Assembly: GCA_030704615.1 (NCBI GenBank)
Contig: CM060732.1
Location: 9,796,001 to 9,860,000 of the forward strand
DNA: 64,000 nucleotides
DNA from: Takakia lepidozioides
Taxonomy: Eukaryota; Plantae; Bryophyta
Reading direction: 5' to 3'
Under the pieces are notes generated by a model. It was not told the DNA's origin and did not search any database. It saw only the letters and a program-made list of their open reading frames with translations. Below, piece after piece: positions 51,850 through 64,000 of this stretch (position 1 is the first letter of the stretch; each line of letters starts with the position of its first letter). The position numbers and the translations under genes were made by a program.

Positions 51850-54150
51850 AACACCCTTGTCAACATGTATGTTAAGTGTGGGAGCATTATGGATGCTCAC
51901 CAGGTTTTCCACAGAATGCCTCGACCATCTTTGATCACGTGGAATATAATGTTGGCAGGATTTACCAAGCATGGGTGTGGTAGGAATGCTTTGGAGACCT
52001 ATGAGCAAATGTTGCACATCACGTTCGTTTGTGTTTACAATTCGTGTGCAAGCCTGGGAGCCCTGGAAAAGGGGAAATAGTTCACCTTTATATGTGTTCT
52101 CTCTGCATGCAGCCACACTGGCGGTCGCATTGGCGGTCGCCTAATTTTAAAAAAAAAATAGCAACCTCCGTATTGGCGGTTGCATAATTTTGAGAATATA
52201 TAAAAAACAAGCGACCACCAGAATTGGCAGTCGCTTGTTTTCAATGAATGAAGGAAATCAAGATCATGGTGTCACTCCGACAGTAAAGCACTTTAGCTGT
52301 ATGGTGGACCTTCTTGGATGTGCGGGACAACTAGATGAGGCAGTGGATCTGATTAATAAGATGCCAATCAATCCAGATCTTGTGGTGTGGAAGGCCGTGC
52401 TTGGTGCCTGCAGAATCCATGGCAATGTGGAGATGGCTGAACGTGCGGCAACATCTATCCTCAAATGGGATGAACAGGATGCCGTGACTTATGTGTTGGT
52501 ATCAAACATGTATGTTGCAGCTGGCAGGTGGGATGATACTGCAAAGGTGAGAAGAATGATGAAGGTCAGAGGGGTTAGAAAGCAACCAGGTCGCTGCTGC
52601 ATTGGGGTTGGCAACAGGGTGCACACCTTGCTGTAGATGACAAGTTGCATCCCAATGCTGAGCTGAGAAGATTGTCTGGGCAGATGAAAGGAGGCGGGGT
52701 ATGTGTCTGATACGCGCTTTGTATTGCATGATGTGGGGGAGGAGGAAAATGAATTTTCTCTTTGCCACCACAGTGAGAGGCTGGCCATTGGTTTTGGGTT
52801 GATCAGGTTTGTGTGCGGTTGCAGTGCGTGTGCAAGCCTGGCAGCCCTGGAAAAGGGCAAAGAGGCCCATGGCAACATTGTCAGAGCTGATGTGGTGTCG
52901 TAGAACTCGATGCTTGCAGGGTATGCACAGCAGGGGCACTGGATGGAGGCTTTGGCTCCAGATGTTGTGCTTGGCACACTATGTAAACCCACTATGTAAG
53001 ACCAGGGAGTAGTTGAGCAGCTCAGTCTCAACCCTTTCCTAGTGCCAACAAATGATGTGGATTCACGCCAAAAAGGTCTGGAAGCTGGAAAGCAGGTACA
53101 CACTCACAAGAATCGCAGGGTATGCAGAGCAGGGCGTGGGATGGTGGATTTGGAGACCTATGATCAAATGATGGGGGAAGGGGTGAAGCCCCAACCACAT
53201 CACGTTTTTGTGTGATTGCAATGCTTATGCAAGCCTGGCAGCCCTGGAAATGGTCAAAGAGGTCTATGTTGACATTGTCAAAGCTGGAATTGTACCAGTT
53301 GTCATTCTGAACTCTGCCCTGGTGGACATGTATGCCCAATGTGGGTGCATTGAGGATGCAAAGCAAGGAACTTATGTGTACTCTGTTTATATACTGGGTT
53401 GGCAGGGAGGCTTTGGAGATTGTGAATGGGTGATGCTTGCAGGGTATGCACAACAGGGACATGGTATGGAGGCTTTGGAGACCTATGATCAAATATTGAT
53501 GGGGGAAGGGGTGAAGCCCAACCACATCACGTTGCAGCATACTGGTACTTCACAGTCATTGCGGCTCTCTCAGCCCCTCCATTTTTTTTTCTTTTGGTTT
53601 TTTTGGCGCTGGGAGAGAGCAGCAGCTCTGCTGTCTCCTTCCCCTTGCTTATGCCGATCATTAAAGGGGAAATTGTCATTCTGAACTCTGCCTTGGTGGA
53701 CATGTATGCCAAATGTGGGTGCAGCAAGCCTGATGTGAAGGGAGAGTTTGACAATATGGCTGAACGAGTTGTGGTATTTTGGAGTGCCATGATTGCAAGG
53801 TATGTGCAGCATGGGTATGGGATTAAGGCTTTGGAAACATAAGAGCAAATGATATGGGAAGGGATGAAGCCAGACCAGGCCGTCATGTTCATTTGTTTTT
53901 GTAATATGCATATGCGAGCCTAGCAGCCCTGGGAAGGGGCAAAGAGGTTTATGGTGACATTATCCAAGCTGGAATTGTACCAGATGTCAATCTGAACATT
54001 CCCCTGGTGTACATCTACGTCAAATGTGAGCCTGGCAGCCATCAAAAGGGCACAAAGGTCCATGATGACATCGTCAAAGCTGGAGTTGTCACCTTAAACA
54101 CTGCCTTGGTGGATATGTATTTCAAGGCAGCCCTGGAAGTGGATGTCACT
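51850..54150 (+). pseudogene. Jumbled PLS-class PPR fragments including E/partial DYW
   Basis: Recurrent [50 protein letters not shown]. Confidence 0.92.
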
Positions 54151-57100
54151 TTGGGTGACAAGGTAGCTGGCACCACCATTCTCTGGAACTACCTGAATTC
54201 ATTCTCAAAATGATTTCTAATGTTCTCTTGACATGTCCACGATAGTGCTGGACCCAGCTGCATAGCAGATTATCCTTACTCAATGACTTCAGTTGGGCAG
54301 TGATCTATGGATATGGCAACATGGCCCTCATGTTGGTCATTTGTAGAATGTGGCCAAAACTTGTTTTGCAAATCACTCTTGATATAAAACCAGTTTTGGG
54401 CCATCCAAATGTTTTTGGTTCTGACCTGCATTTGTATTCTATGTTTTGTTGTATTTGTAATATATTTTCAATGCAGTGCAGCGAATCAAAATAAATAAAT
54501 ACAATATCCACTAATTCACATACGTACAGATACAAACTAAAAGTAAATGAAAAAAACGAAATAACAGTAATAAACAAAAAACCAAATATTAAATAAAAAG
54601 CCTCTCAATTCATATATATATATATGTATATGTATTATTATATATATGTATATATGTATATACACCTCCAGAGTGAAATATATTTACTAAAATGTGTCCT
54701 CTTTTACTGCTTCACAGTAGAATATTACAATATACAAAGTCAAACAAACTCACTATCACTGATTTACAGTCAAACCGTATACTAAACATCATGGAACATA
54801 GTCAATATGTTCCACTTCAGTTAAACCACTTTACTACACGTCATGCATCCACGTCACTTTGCCCTTAAGCCACTCACTACATGTCACACATCCACCTTAT
54901 AATTCAGTTAAACCACTTTACTACACGTCATAGCCACGTCATAGCCACGTCGCATCCACGTCATACTGTGCTGCCTACACGTCACCCCCTAGGTTTTACT
55001 GTCACATTTCACTGTTAGAACCTGGCATCTGGATTCGACTGCTTGACTGAAACGACTTGACCTTTGTCATGCATGTTCGACTTTGGAGGCTGAGAGTAAA
55101 AATGTCGCAAATGACTCAAAAATGAGTCAAATACAGAGTCGAAAAGCCCAGCTTGTATTGTAGTGTAAGCTCCAATACTGATATTGGCCAATTCTTGATT
55201 GTTTGTTTCTTCGTTTTCCTTGTCATCTTCTTCTTCTGGATCTGGCTCTTCCTCAATAATAGGTCCTTCATCAAGAGGTTCATCTTTCATATGATGAGTC
55301 ATCTTCTTCATCAGTGTCATCCATGAGTTTAAGAGCATCTGGAAGGTCATAGTCTCTTTGAAACATTCCCAGAGGGTCTATAGGATCTGTCTCTTCATCT
55401 GGTGCTTCTGGTTGAACATCAAACAGAAATGCGTCGGGAAGTTGATCCTCTACCCCAGTGGCTGGTTCTCCTGTAGTAATCCTTGACAGATGATCTGTTG
55501 TAACATGTAATCTCTCTGGTTTATGAACAACTTCAAAATCATACTCGTGAAGAAGTAATAACCATCGAGCAACCCCGCCACTAGCTAGTGGTCGATTTGC
55601 TAAATGAACTAGAGCCTGATGATCAACAATAAATTTAAAGCGATTGCCAAGTAAATAATGCTGAAACTTTTGAACAACATAAATCATTGTCAATGCTTCC
55701 CTTTCTGTGGTGCTATAGTTCTTCTCGGCTGCTGTCAACAATCTGCTTGCATAATAGATTGGTGAATCTATTGTGCCTGTCACATTCTGAGCTAGAATTG
55801 CTCCCAAAGCAATGCCTGATGCATCACTATGTACATGAAATGGTAAATCTCATCTTGGATTTATCAGAATTGGTGCTGCAGTGAGTGCCCTTTTTAGTGA
55901 ATCAAATGATTCCTGGCAAGCTGGAGACCATCGGTATTCGGCATCTTGCTTCAGCAGTCTATAGACTGATGCCGCTCTCTGAGCATATTTGTCCATGTAC
56001 CTTCTGTAATAGCTCGTCTGTCCCAGAAATCTTTTAAGTTTCTTGGGATTTTCTGGTGGTGGTATTTTCTGGATAACCTCCACTTTCTTTGGATCCACCA
56101 GAATTCCCTGTTGGCACACAATGTGTCCCAACAATAATCCTGAATTCACACAAAATGTATATTTTTCCGGGTTGAGACTTACTCCATTGTTTCTGCAGGT
56201 TTGTCAGCAAAGTTTTAACTGTGCCAAGTGTTTGGATTTCTGTCCGAAGACGCTGAAATCATCCAAAAATACCTGCATAAAATCGTTGAGATAATTCTTG
56301 AATATCTCTCAGATACTGCTCGCTGAAACGTGGCTGGTGTGTTACAAAGTCCAAATGGCATGACCTTGTAAGCATAGGCTCCCCATTCAGTGATGAATGC
56401 GGTCTTTTCTCGGTCTTCTTCTGCCATCTACACCTGGTTGTACCCACTAAACCCGTCCATGAATGAGTACATGTCGTGTCCGGCCACTGTGTCCAACACT
56501 ATTTCAGTAAAAGGTAGTGGAAAGGGGACTTTCTTGGTTCCTGCGTTTAACTTGCGGTAGTCCACACATACTCGCAGTTTTCCATTTTTCTTGGGTACTA
56601 TCACAATGGGCGATAACCATTGTGGTGTCTCTACTGGGTATATAAATCCTGCATCCACTAATTTCTTGATTTCTTCCCAAACTTTAGCTGCATAGGTGGG
56701 GTTCATTCTGTAACGGTTCAAACGAATTGGTTTTGTGTCAACTTCCAATTCAATTCGGTGCTGACAGATGTTAGAAGATATACCCTTCAAATCTTTGTAG
56801 TTCCAGGCAAATACATCCTTGTATTCAGTGAATAATGCAGTAGCTTCTTGTAGAAATGATTCTTCAAGACTTGCACTTACTCGTATTATCTGTGGTTCTT
56901 CCACTGTTCCCAGATTCACTTGAATCAATTGAGTTTCTTCCGTTACTGTCCATCCTGCAATCTCTTGTCCGATGGTTGCAATCGTGGCAGGTACTTCACT
57001 GATTTGAATGTCTTCTTCCCTTTCTTAATAGAAACGGGCAGGGTGTTGAGGTGCGTCCATCGCTTATTCCTCCGGATCTTCCGTTCTCGAAGTATTTGGT

Positions 57101-57823
57101 TCTCCTTGGGTGTTCACCATGTGACATCCTACTGTTGTGGTATGCTTGACCACTAATTGCCCAATAGGTTCCAACTGTGGATGTGCTGCGTATACTGTGG
57201 CTTCTTCTTCATCCGACAATCCACTGGACCAATCATACTCTTCCACTATGCAAGGTCGTTTCTCTCGTGGAATGGTACCTCGTTGCTTCGTAGTGATGGT
57301 GACTTGTTCTGCTCTTTTTTTTATCGTGAGAGTCTGACTTCCCCAATCGTGGTGTGATTGGGCTTGTGTTAACCATGGTCGGCCAAGTAGTAGCAAATAT
57401 CCTTCTGGGTATATGGGTTCCCTCTTGCATTTGAGCTATGGCTTTACTTACCTCCTGGTGTAAGCTCTTTTCTTCCTGCCATGCTGCACTTTCTGGATAT
57501 TGTTTCCGTTCTTCTTCAATCTCCTTATCTGGAGGTTTCTGTTTCTTGGCCTGAGTTCGGGTTACCGCAAGGGTATCCACTACAGGGGTTACCACACTCA
57601 CGGCTACACTCGGTCCGGCTTCCATATTTCCCACTTCTGCCTCATGCTTGATTCGCAACTGGCATTCATGTTTCCAGTGCCCCTCTTTCTTGCAGTAGTG
57701 GCATCTCGTGATTTCTTTGTTTCTGGGTTGGTGTTCTTTATCCCGTGGTGGATAGTAATCTCGTGGCCTCTGATAACAATTACCCATATTGTATCGTCTT
57801 GGTCCATCCGATCCTCCCCGAAT

Positions 57824-60800
57824 TGACCCGGTTGACAAAGAAGAAGAAGGAAGCGACTGTTACCATGGCTACTCCCTTGTTACTCCAAATGATTCGACAC
57901 ACTGTACACTTGACACCAGAAGAACAAACGACGTTGGGAATCATGCAGCGGGTAGAAACGATGGAGGAAGAAGGAAGCGACACGGCAGCAGGTCAAGAAG
58001 AAGAAGAGGGCAGACTTGCAAAGAGAGCCCGGATCAACGAAGCAACCACAAGTGCAGTAGCAGAGGACATCTTCAACTGGCACACTGCAGAGAAAAAGAG
58101 AGAATCAACAGCCAGAAGGAGGAAACCAACTGCAGACCAATGAAGCAACACCCATGGAAATGAGCCATGTTGACACCGAAACCCAGCAAACAGCACCTGC
58201 AGAGGCCACACAACCAGGAACAGAGGAGGGAACCATAGTGGCGCAGCAACAGCAAGTGGTGCAAGAGGCATAGAGTCAGCAGCAGCAAGACAATAATTCC
58301 AATTTGGAATTACTACTGGCACAACAGGTTCTGGATACAACAGCATGGGACACAGGTTTGGAAGAAACGCCATAGAAAGTAATTCTACAGGCAATACAAG
58401 CATTGGGTCAAGTAACAGCGTGCATGGACAGAGCCAAGGATTACATAAGCCCGGAGAACCTTAGCATGATATTGGACCACATCAAAGAGAAACATCAGAG
58501 GGAATTGGCGACAGCAAGAACAGTATGTAACCACGAGGTTGCAATCGCATCATTGGAAGATCAAAAGACGACCTTACTTCGCCAATACAACACTTTGATA
58601 CAACGCAGAGACGAGTGGGAGCAGAAGTGGCAAAGACAGAGAGACGAAACACGCCATGTCCAAGCCGACCTTGATGCAGAAAGAGAGCGATCTCGGAAAA
58701 TGGAGACAGAGGTGGAAATGCTCACAGGACAGGTCCAGACATTTAAGGAGCAGGTGGATACACTCAAGGGGCAGCTGAAGACTACCAAAGACCAGGGAAG
58801 CAAGTGGCTCTCATGCAACACTGTACTGCTGAGGGAAAGGGAAAATGCTGAAAGCAGGCTATTCACAGCCACCACAGAAAGAGACATTGCCATAGGCAAT
58901 GAACAAGAATGGAAACAACAGCTGGAGAAGCTAACACTGCAAGCAGGGCTGGACGCAGCAGACGCAGCCTTGGCCAGAGCCTAGTTGAGTGAAGGGAGTG
59001 AACTGGAAATGAAGAAACTCAACAGGGCAATGGTAAGACAAATGAAATGTCAATTGGCGAAGTTGGTGACAGACATTCACGAGGAATTTCTGTCACCAAT
59101 TCCAGAACAAGATGAGCTCATGGACGAAGACGATCAAGAGGAGCAAGACCATGAACAAGAAGCACCAATACAATCAACAACAACAACACCGGCACAAACA
59201 CCACCAACAACACAACCACCACAAAGTCAACAGGCACTGGTACAGGCCACAACAGGCCCATCTACTCAAGAGGTAAACCCCGTACCATTACCAAGTATTC
59301 TGGTGGCATCAACTTCGGTAGCAGTGGATGATTTCCAAATCATGCCATGCAAGCAGGATGTGGAGTGGCTAAAGTATTCAGAGGAATACTTTAAAATGAT
59401 GGTAGTCCCAGCCCACCAAATCCCAGAAATACTAGAAAATGTATTCAAAACCTTAACCCCCTGCAGGTCATTGGGTCAATTGCATCTGTTCAATCAAACT
59501 CTCATACCTTTGAGATACAGGATGAGGCCACTGGCTAGGGAGGAGACATGGTCAGGGGTAGAATTGGTTGAATTCTGGTGCCAGGCTCCCCTAGAGTACA
59601 AGGAGCTGGTCGCTTACATGTGGGCAGTGGGGCAATTGAAGATTAATCCTACCCCGACAGTAGACGTTGTAATGGGCTGCCCAAGTTTTTATATTGGCAA
59701 TTACTTGTATCGGATGTTCGTGACAATAAGGGGAAGCTGGCAGCGCTATGAGAGTATTGAAAAAGATACTCACTGGGAATTACCCAAATTCCAGCCACCA
59801 GAGAGAGTCGCAGGCACTTCAGCATATATGAACAGACCACTATATGCTGAAGCATGGCGCTAGGCAAAAGACCACTTTTCACCATTGGTCTTGGACAGAG
59901 ACCACCCTTTCAGAGAAACAGGGACGCAAGCTGTTAACTGTTTATGGGCAGCAAGGCAACTAAAAACATTATACCCTGGACCAAGGAGGAGCTGCAAACC
60001 TACTGAGAAACCTTGACCACCAAAATCGACATGGTACGTGGGGACGGAATAGCAGAACACCCTGATAACGAAAGCTGGCCCACTCACGAACCACAGGAGC
60101 AACCAGACAGTGATGACAACAGAAACAAGAAACTGCCACCACGACAATCCTGGGACGCACTTCCTACCCAGCAGACAGGCATGCCACCACCCTACATCCC
60201 CAAGAGATACAGTAAGCACAGGAATTGACGAAATTGTGCGGACACAATTTCAAAAGAGGGGGGGGGATAAATGATAACGGCTAAGCTACGAAGGCCAGAC
60301 AGCGAGGGTCACGACGGGACATACCGGGTGGTGATTGGTGTACACTACCTGGTCACGGGCAGAAAAGGCTAAGTACGCGGTACTTAGCAAATGGCGGAAC
60401 AAGGGTACATTACCACGGGAGCAGTAGTGGGTAGTGTAGCAATCGTGGGCCGTGAACCACGATATCACACGGCCACGTTAGCACCGGCTTTTACTAATAG
60501 AGGAAGTAGTGGACCATGTACCACTATGGCACATGACTACTACAACGAGCCATTTTTTTAGCAAACCCTATAGGTTGCGTAGGCAATTAGGCAAACGGTC
60601 ATTAACGACTATAGACTGTAACGGCTCTTTCGAGCATAGTATAAAAGGGCTGCACACAACTTAGAAGGTATCAGTGATCAGTGTGTATTCAGCGGACTCG
60701 GAGTGATTCGATGTGTACTTCTGCTATGATGTGATGAACTCTGAAGTAAAGCCATGCTATTCGAAGTATCTCTGTGTAGAGTGAACGTGAGATGGAGAGA

Positions 60801-61142
60801 ATGTGCATTATGAGATAATGTGAGATGGTGAGAATGTGTATCATCTCAGAATAGCTCTTGTTTTGTCTTGACTACCATCTGATTGTATGAATAAAGAGGC
60901 TTCAGTCTTTCCGACTAAGATCTTTTAGGCCAATGAGACTGTAGGTCGGGCTTAATCAATAGAATTAAGCAACATGTAGAGATATTGATTCATACGACGG
61001 CCATGGTTTAGCTATCCTTAAAACGATTACTTTGTAATCGTTTCTGAAAGCATACCGTCGGACAACCTCTGTTGCATGTCTTGGGAAATGGGCAGTAGTG
61101 CTGAGAGCATGTTTTGTCTAAGTCATAAACCAGCGGTTAACA
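57824..61142 (+). mobile_element. Gypsy G3 copy b: extra 3' ORF plus 3' LTR (60272-61142)
   Basis: Inverted homologue of 44162-47541; PPT AAAAGAGGGGGGGGG precedes TG. Confidence 0.92.
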
Positions 61143-62130
61143 CCGCCTTCAGCTCTTCCCTCTCCCCTGCGATGAGAGCCTCCCAAGATTCCTATCCAGC
61201 CCCAACAAAGACACTATAAATGTTAATGAACTCCATACCGCAATGAACATGCATTCAAAGACGCCAATGACAAGTGAAGTGCGTCTTACCTTGGTTATTC
61301 CATGTGGCATGGTCGTTGGTGCGACCCCCGCCTTGAGTGCCTTGCGAATGGTTTGTTGCGCACGGTACCTCTTGTCCTTGAGGTTCTTTCCCACGAGCTC
61401 CAAGAGCTTCCCCTCATTCCACTCACCCGGAAATGTGCCCTCAAGTGCTTGCACGAATGCTCGCCTATGGCGATGTGATTGGTGTGGCCAATCAATATGC
61501 CAAGGGAACCACCTCACCGCCAAGTCAAAGGCTACCTTTTTCATGGCCTTCCAATACTCACCAATGGGGCCCCACCGACCTTATTGGTCTCTAAGGGGGG
61601 CACCTTCATCTCTGGCGAGGTCTTTACCTCGTCCACGCTCTTCTGAACTACCTCTCCCTTGTCTTTTGTTGCCCCGCTAGTGCCCTCCACCGGCTGCACG
61701 GTCATTTGAACTAGCTCCCCCTTGTCTTTTGTTCCCCCACTAGTGCCCTCCCCCGGCTGCACCTCTCTCCTTCTACACCTCTTTCTCTTACGCTCCCTCT
61801 CCTGGGCATGTCCTTTCCCCTTCCGCTCCACTACTTCCCTACCTCCTTGATGATTAGAGGAACCTCGGGGACACGACGTCTTTTCCTCTTCACCATCCCC
61901 ACGGGTAGGCACCACCACTGTCCCTGCTTTGTTGGTGGCAATCCCACTGCCTGCCACAAGCTTAGCCACGAATGCGCCAAGCTCCTAAACACAAAACCCA
62001 CAAAATTAGAAACAAACCAGAAATAAAATGAAAGGCAAATAAAAGAAAAAAAATGTGAAGGAAAGAGGCTCACCTTTGCGTCCATGACCTCAATGTTGCC
62101 CTCGGTCCCCGCTTGTGGTGCACCCCCCAA
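61143..62130 (-). pseudogene. Spliced transposon accessory gene remnant (TnpA/PTTA-like, tentative), cut by the G3b LTR
   Basis: W-rich helical segment WKAMKKVAF..WPHQ..LKDKRYR followed by a GTAAG donor; family assignment weak. Confidence 0.4.
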
Positions 62131-62989
62131 TGAGGATCGGGTTGAAGACTCTGGAGAGAATGATATCACCGCTGCTGAAGAGGCACTAGCAAGAAATCCT
62201 CCGGAGGCTTTTGAGAGAACCCCAGTCAGAGAGAAAGGTTTGTACCTATTGATCACCTTGCTCTCCTTACAATTGAATTTAGGCTGCTTTTGTTCCCTAC
62301 CTTCGATCCTCATGTATTTGTTTCAAATCAATTGTAGGAGCGCGTGGCGCGGCGTCGAAGAATCTTGCGGAGATGTGCTCTATCATTACACTTTCTCACT
62401 TTACACCGATTGACATCGTCTTGCTGCCTCTAACGAGACGTCGTTCTGTTTCAGCGACGAAGAAGAGACGTAGGAATCAGAGCCCGAGGAAGTATCCGGA
62501 GAGAATCACTCGACAGACAAAGCAATGAGGTAGCAATGGAGAATTCCACCGAGGTGTGCGTTACCATTCCACTTAGTCATTCCAGTCTGTGTTTGCATTT
62601 GGAAGTCAATTGTATATCATTCTTGATTTCATTCAGTTGAGACCTAACTAATCGTCCTTGTCTGTCAGCAGAGAGAAGGTGGAAGACGAAACCAAGCCCA
62701 AAGATCATTCGGGGATGTGTCAGCCGCCGAAATTGACAAAGAGGTATTTGGACGGGAGTCCTCCCGTCCCTTCCTTCCCACTTACAACATTTTGACTTAT
62801 ATCCCGAAGCACAGACTGAGGACTCGGTTTTGTTTAAGTTGCCATAAATTCTAGATTCATCTCCTACTTTACTACACATCAGTAATATAGCTGCCGATGG
62901 TCACATCCAAAGCTAACCGTCGAATCTTGACAGATGGGTCATGACCATTTTCGAGCGAGCGCGGCAGCAAATCTCATGCGCCGGAAGAC

Positions 62990-63619
62990 ATGAACTTGAC
63001 GGCCTCCTCTGGAGGTCAAAGAAAGATTCTGAGTGTTGTTGGTTTATTGTGCTATAAACCTAAGCCTGTTGGATCACAGAGGTTCCTCGAACATTTCCCT
63101 CGTGCCACAATTCCCTACGATTGGGACAATGTTGTTCCTCGTCTGGGTCTTCTTGAATTTCTTGAACTTGCGTTCAACCATTACCATGTGGGTATATGGT
63201 CCTGTGGAGTTCAGCATATGGTTGAGGCTCTTCTTGCATATCTTCTCCCGAAGGATATGGTCAGGAAATTTTGCTTTATCTGGTGTCGGGATACTTGCAC
63301 CAAGCTTCCTGCCTACATTGCCTCCACACGGCCGTTCTACATTAAAGACATTGTTGGTCTTTGGGAAGACTTCGGGAGAAGTTGTAAGCCCTATGGCCTA
63401 AAAGGCCAAATGCTTTTGATTGATGATGAGCCCACCAAAGCCCTGAGGAACCCTTTGAACACTGGTTCTTACCCGAGATCCTTTGATGGCACTCTAACGC
63501 CGATCGTCAAGGAGGGACGAGATTCTTTTGTTGAGGATCTTGTTGAGGCTTTATGGCCATTCCTTTCTGGCATGATGTCATCTCCGACAGTTCAAGAGTA
63601 CATGGAGGAGAATTACTAG
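62990..63619 (+). CDS. FCP1/NIF HAD-superfamily phosphatase-like ORF lacking the first catalytic Asp motif
   Basis: PRLGLLEFLE, VGIWS, FIWCRDTC, IKD, LLIDDEPTKALRNP; ILSVVGLL stands where LDxxGLL is expected. Confidence 0.75.
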   Translation: MNLTASSGGQRKILSVVGLLCYKPKPVGSQRFLEHFPRATIPYDWDNVVPRLGLLEFLELAFNHYHVGIWSCGVQHMVEALLAYLLPKDMVRKFCFIWCRDTCTKLPAYIASTRPFYIKDIVGLWEDFGRSCKPYGLKGQMLLIDDEPTKALRNPLNTGSYPRSFDGTLTPIVKEGRDSFVEDLVEALWPFLSGMMSSPTVQEYMEENY

Positions 63620-64000
63620 AAGTGTGCAAATGTTCAGATGAACTTGTCGATAGCTCTCACCCTGATTGGATTTGGCTAGCGATATGCAAATCCCCTAGGG
63701 ATTACTGACCCTTGTGTGTTTTTAGGTATGTTCCCACCTCTTTGCTTTCAACGTCTTCTTTTTATATCAACCGATGTGTCTTGGAGTAGTAGGTTAAGAG
63801 GTTAGAATGGGTCAGTAAGCACGGGAGGTCTCCCGTCCCTGCTGCGCACCATGAATCTAAAAAGTATACTGATTTGTCTCATGGATTGGTTTATTTGTTC
63901 CAGTCAAGGCCAAGCGTCGTATGAAGTCAACATCCGACAAGAAGAAGGATGGACATACCACACCAACAGGCCAGGAGGGTCTCTGGAGGTATATGAGTAT

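Larger units (their letters stand above)
49433..55165. mobile_element. Non-autonomous CACTA carrying gene fragments (Pack-CACTA)
   Basis: CACTACAA...TTGTAGTG termini, TAA TSD, TTYGACT subterminal repeats; removal restores G3 pol GAYTVIKE. Confidence 0.93.
44162..57823 (-). mobile_element. Gypsy G3 copy a, 5'-truncated and interrupted by CACTA
   Basis: 3' LTR 44162-45029 with PPT, extra ORF ~45440-47600, INT 48215-49430, RH-RT-PR-gag knuckle 55166-57823. Confidence 0.92.

Noticed and set aside
52119-52240. Small insert with GGCGGTCGC repeats inside a PPR fragment
   Set aside because: Probably a transposon scrap, but no termini or TSD could be defined
44162-61142. One element with long inverted terminal repeats (DIRS-like)
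   Set aside because: Both repeats are PPT-preceded gypsy 3' LTRs, the flanks differ, and there is no tyrosine recombinase

Overview
Eukaryotic nuclear DNA, probably from a non-seed land plant (inferred from PLS-DYW PPR fragments, a copia with a half-tRNA-type PBS and Phygy/Tat-like gypsy elements). There is one intact host gene, a 7-exon BCCIP/Bcp1 homologue (7563-15464), inside a nested transposon landscape. The landscape contains a decayed Ty1/copia with TA...TA LTRs (507-6683), two LINE remnants, three MITEs, at least four Ty3/gypsy pieces, two related Mutator-like (MULE, DDE+SWIM) elements and a 5.7-kb non-autonomous CACTA filled with PPR fragments. Main observations: (1) one MULE carries a spliced gene with the motif order of a bacterial-type beta-class N6A/N4C DNA methyltransferase, while its relative carries a different intact ORF (possibly BAH-like) and a 96-bp hairpin array in the equivalent position; (2) two gypsy families with unrelated LTRs share an unrecognised conserved domain in an extra 3' ORF; (3) two ~3-kb inversions, each flipping a MULE end, can be undone to restore a reading frame and a 9-bp TSD. 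All protein family calls are by-eye motif recognition, and no database search was run.
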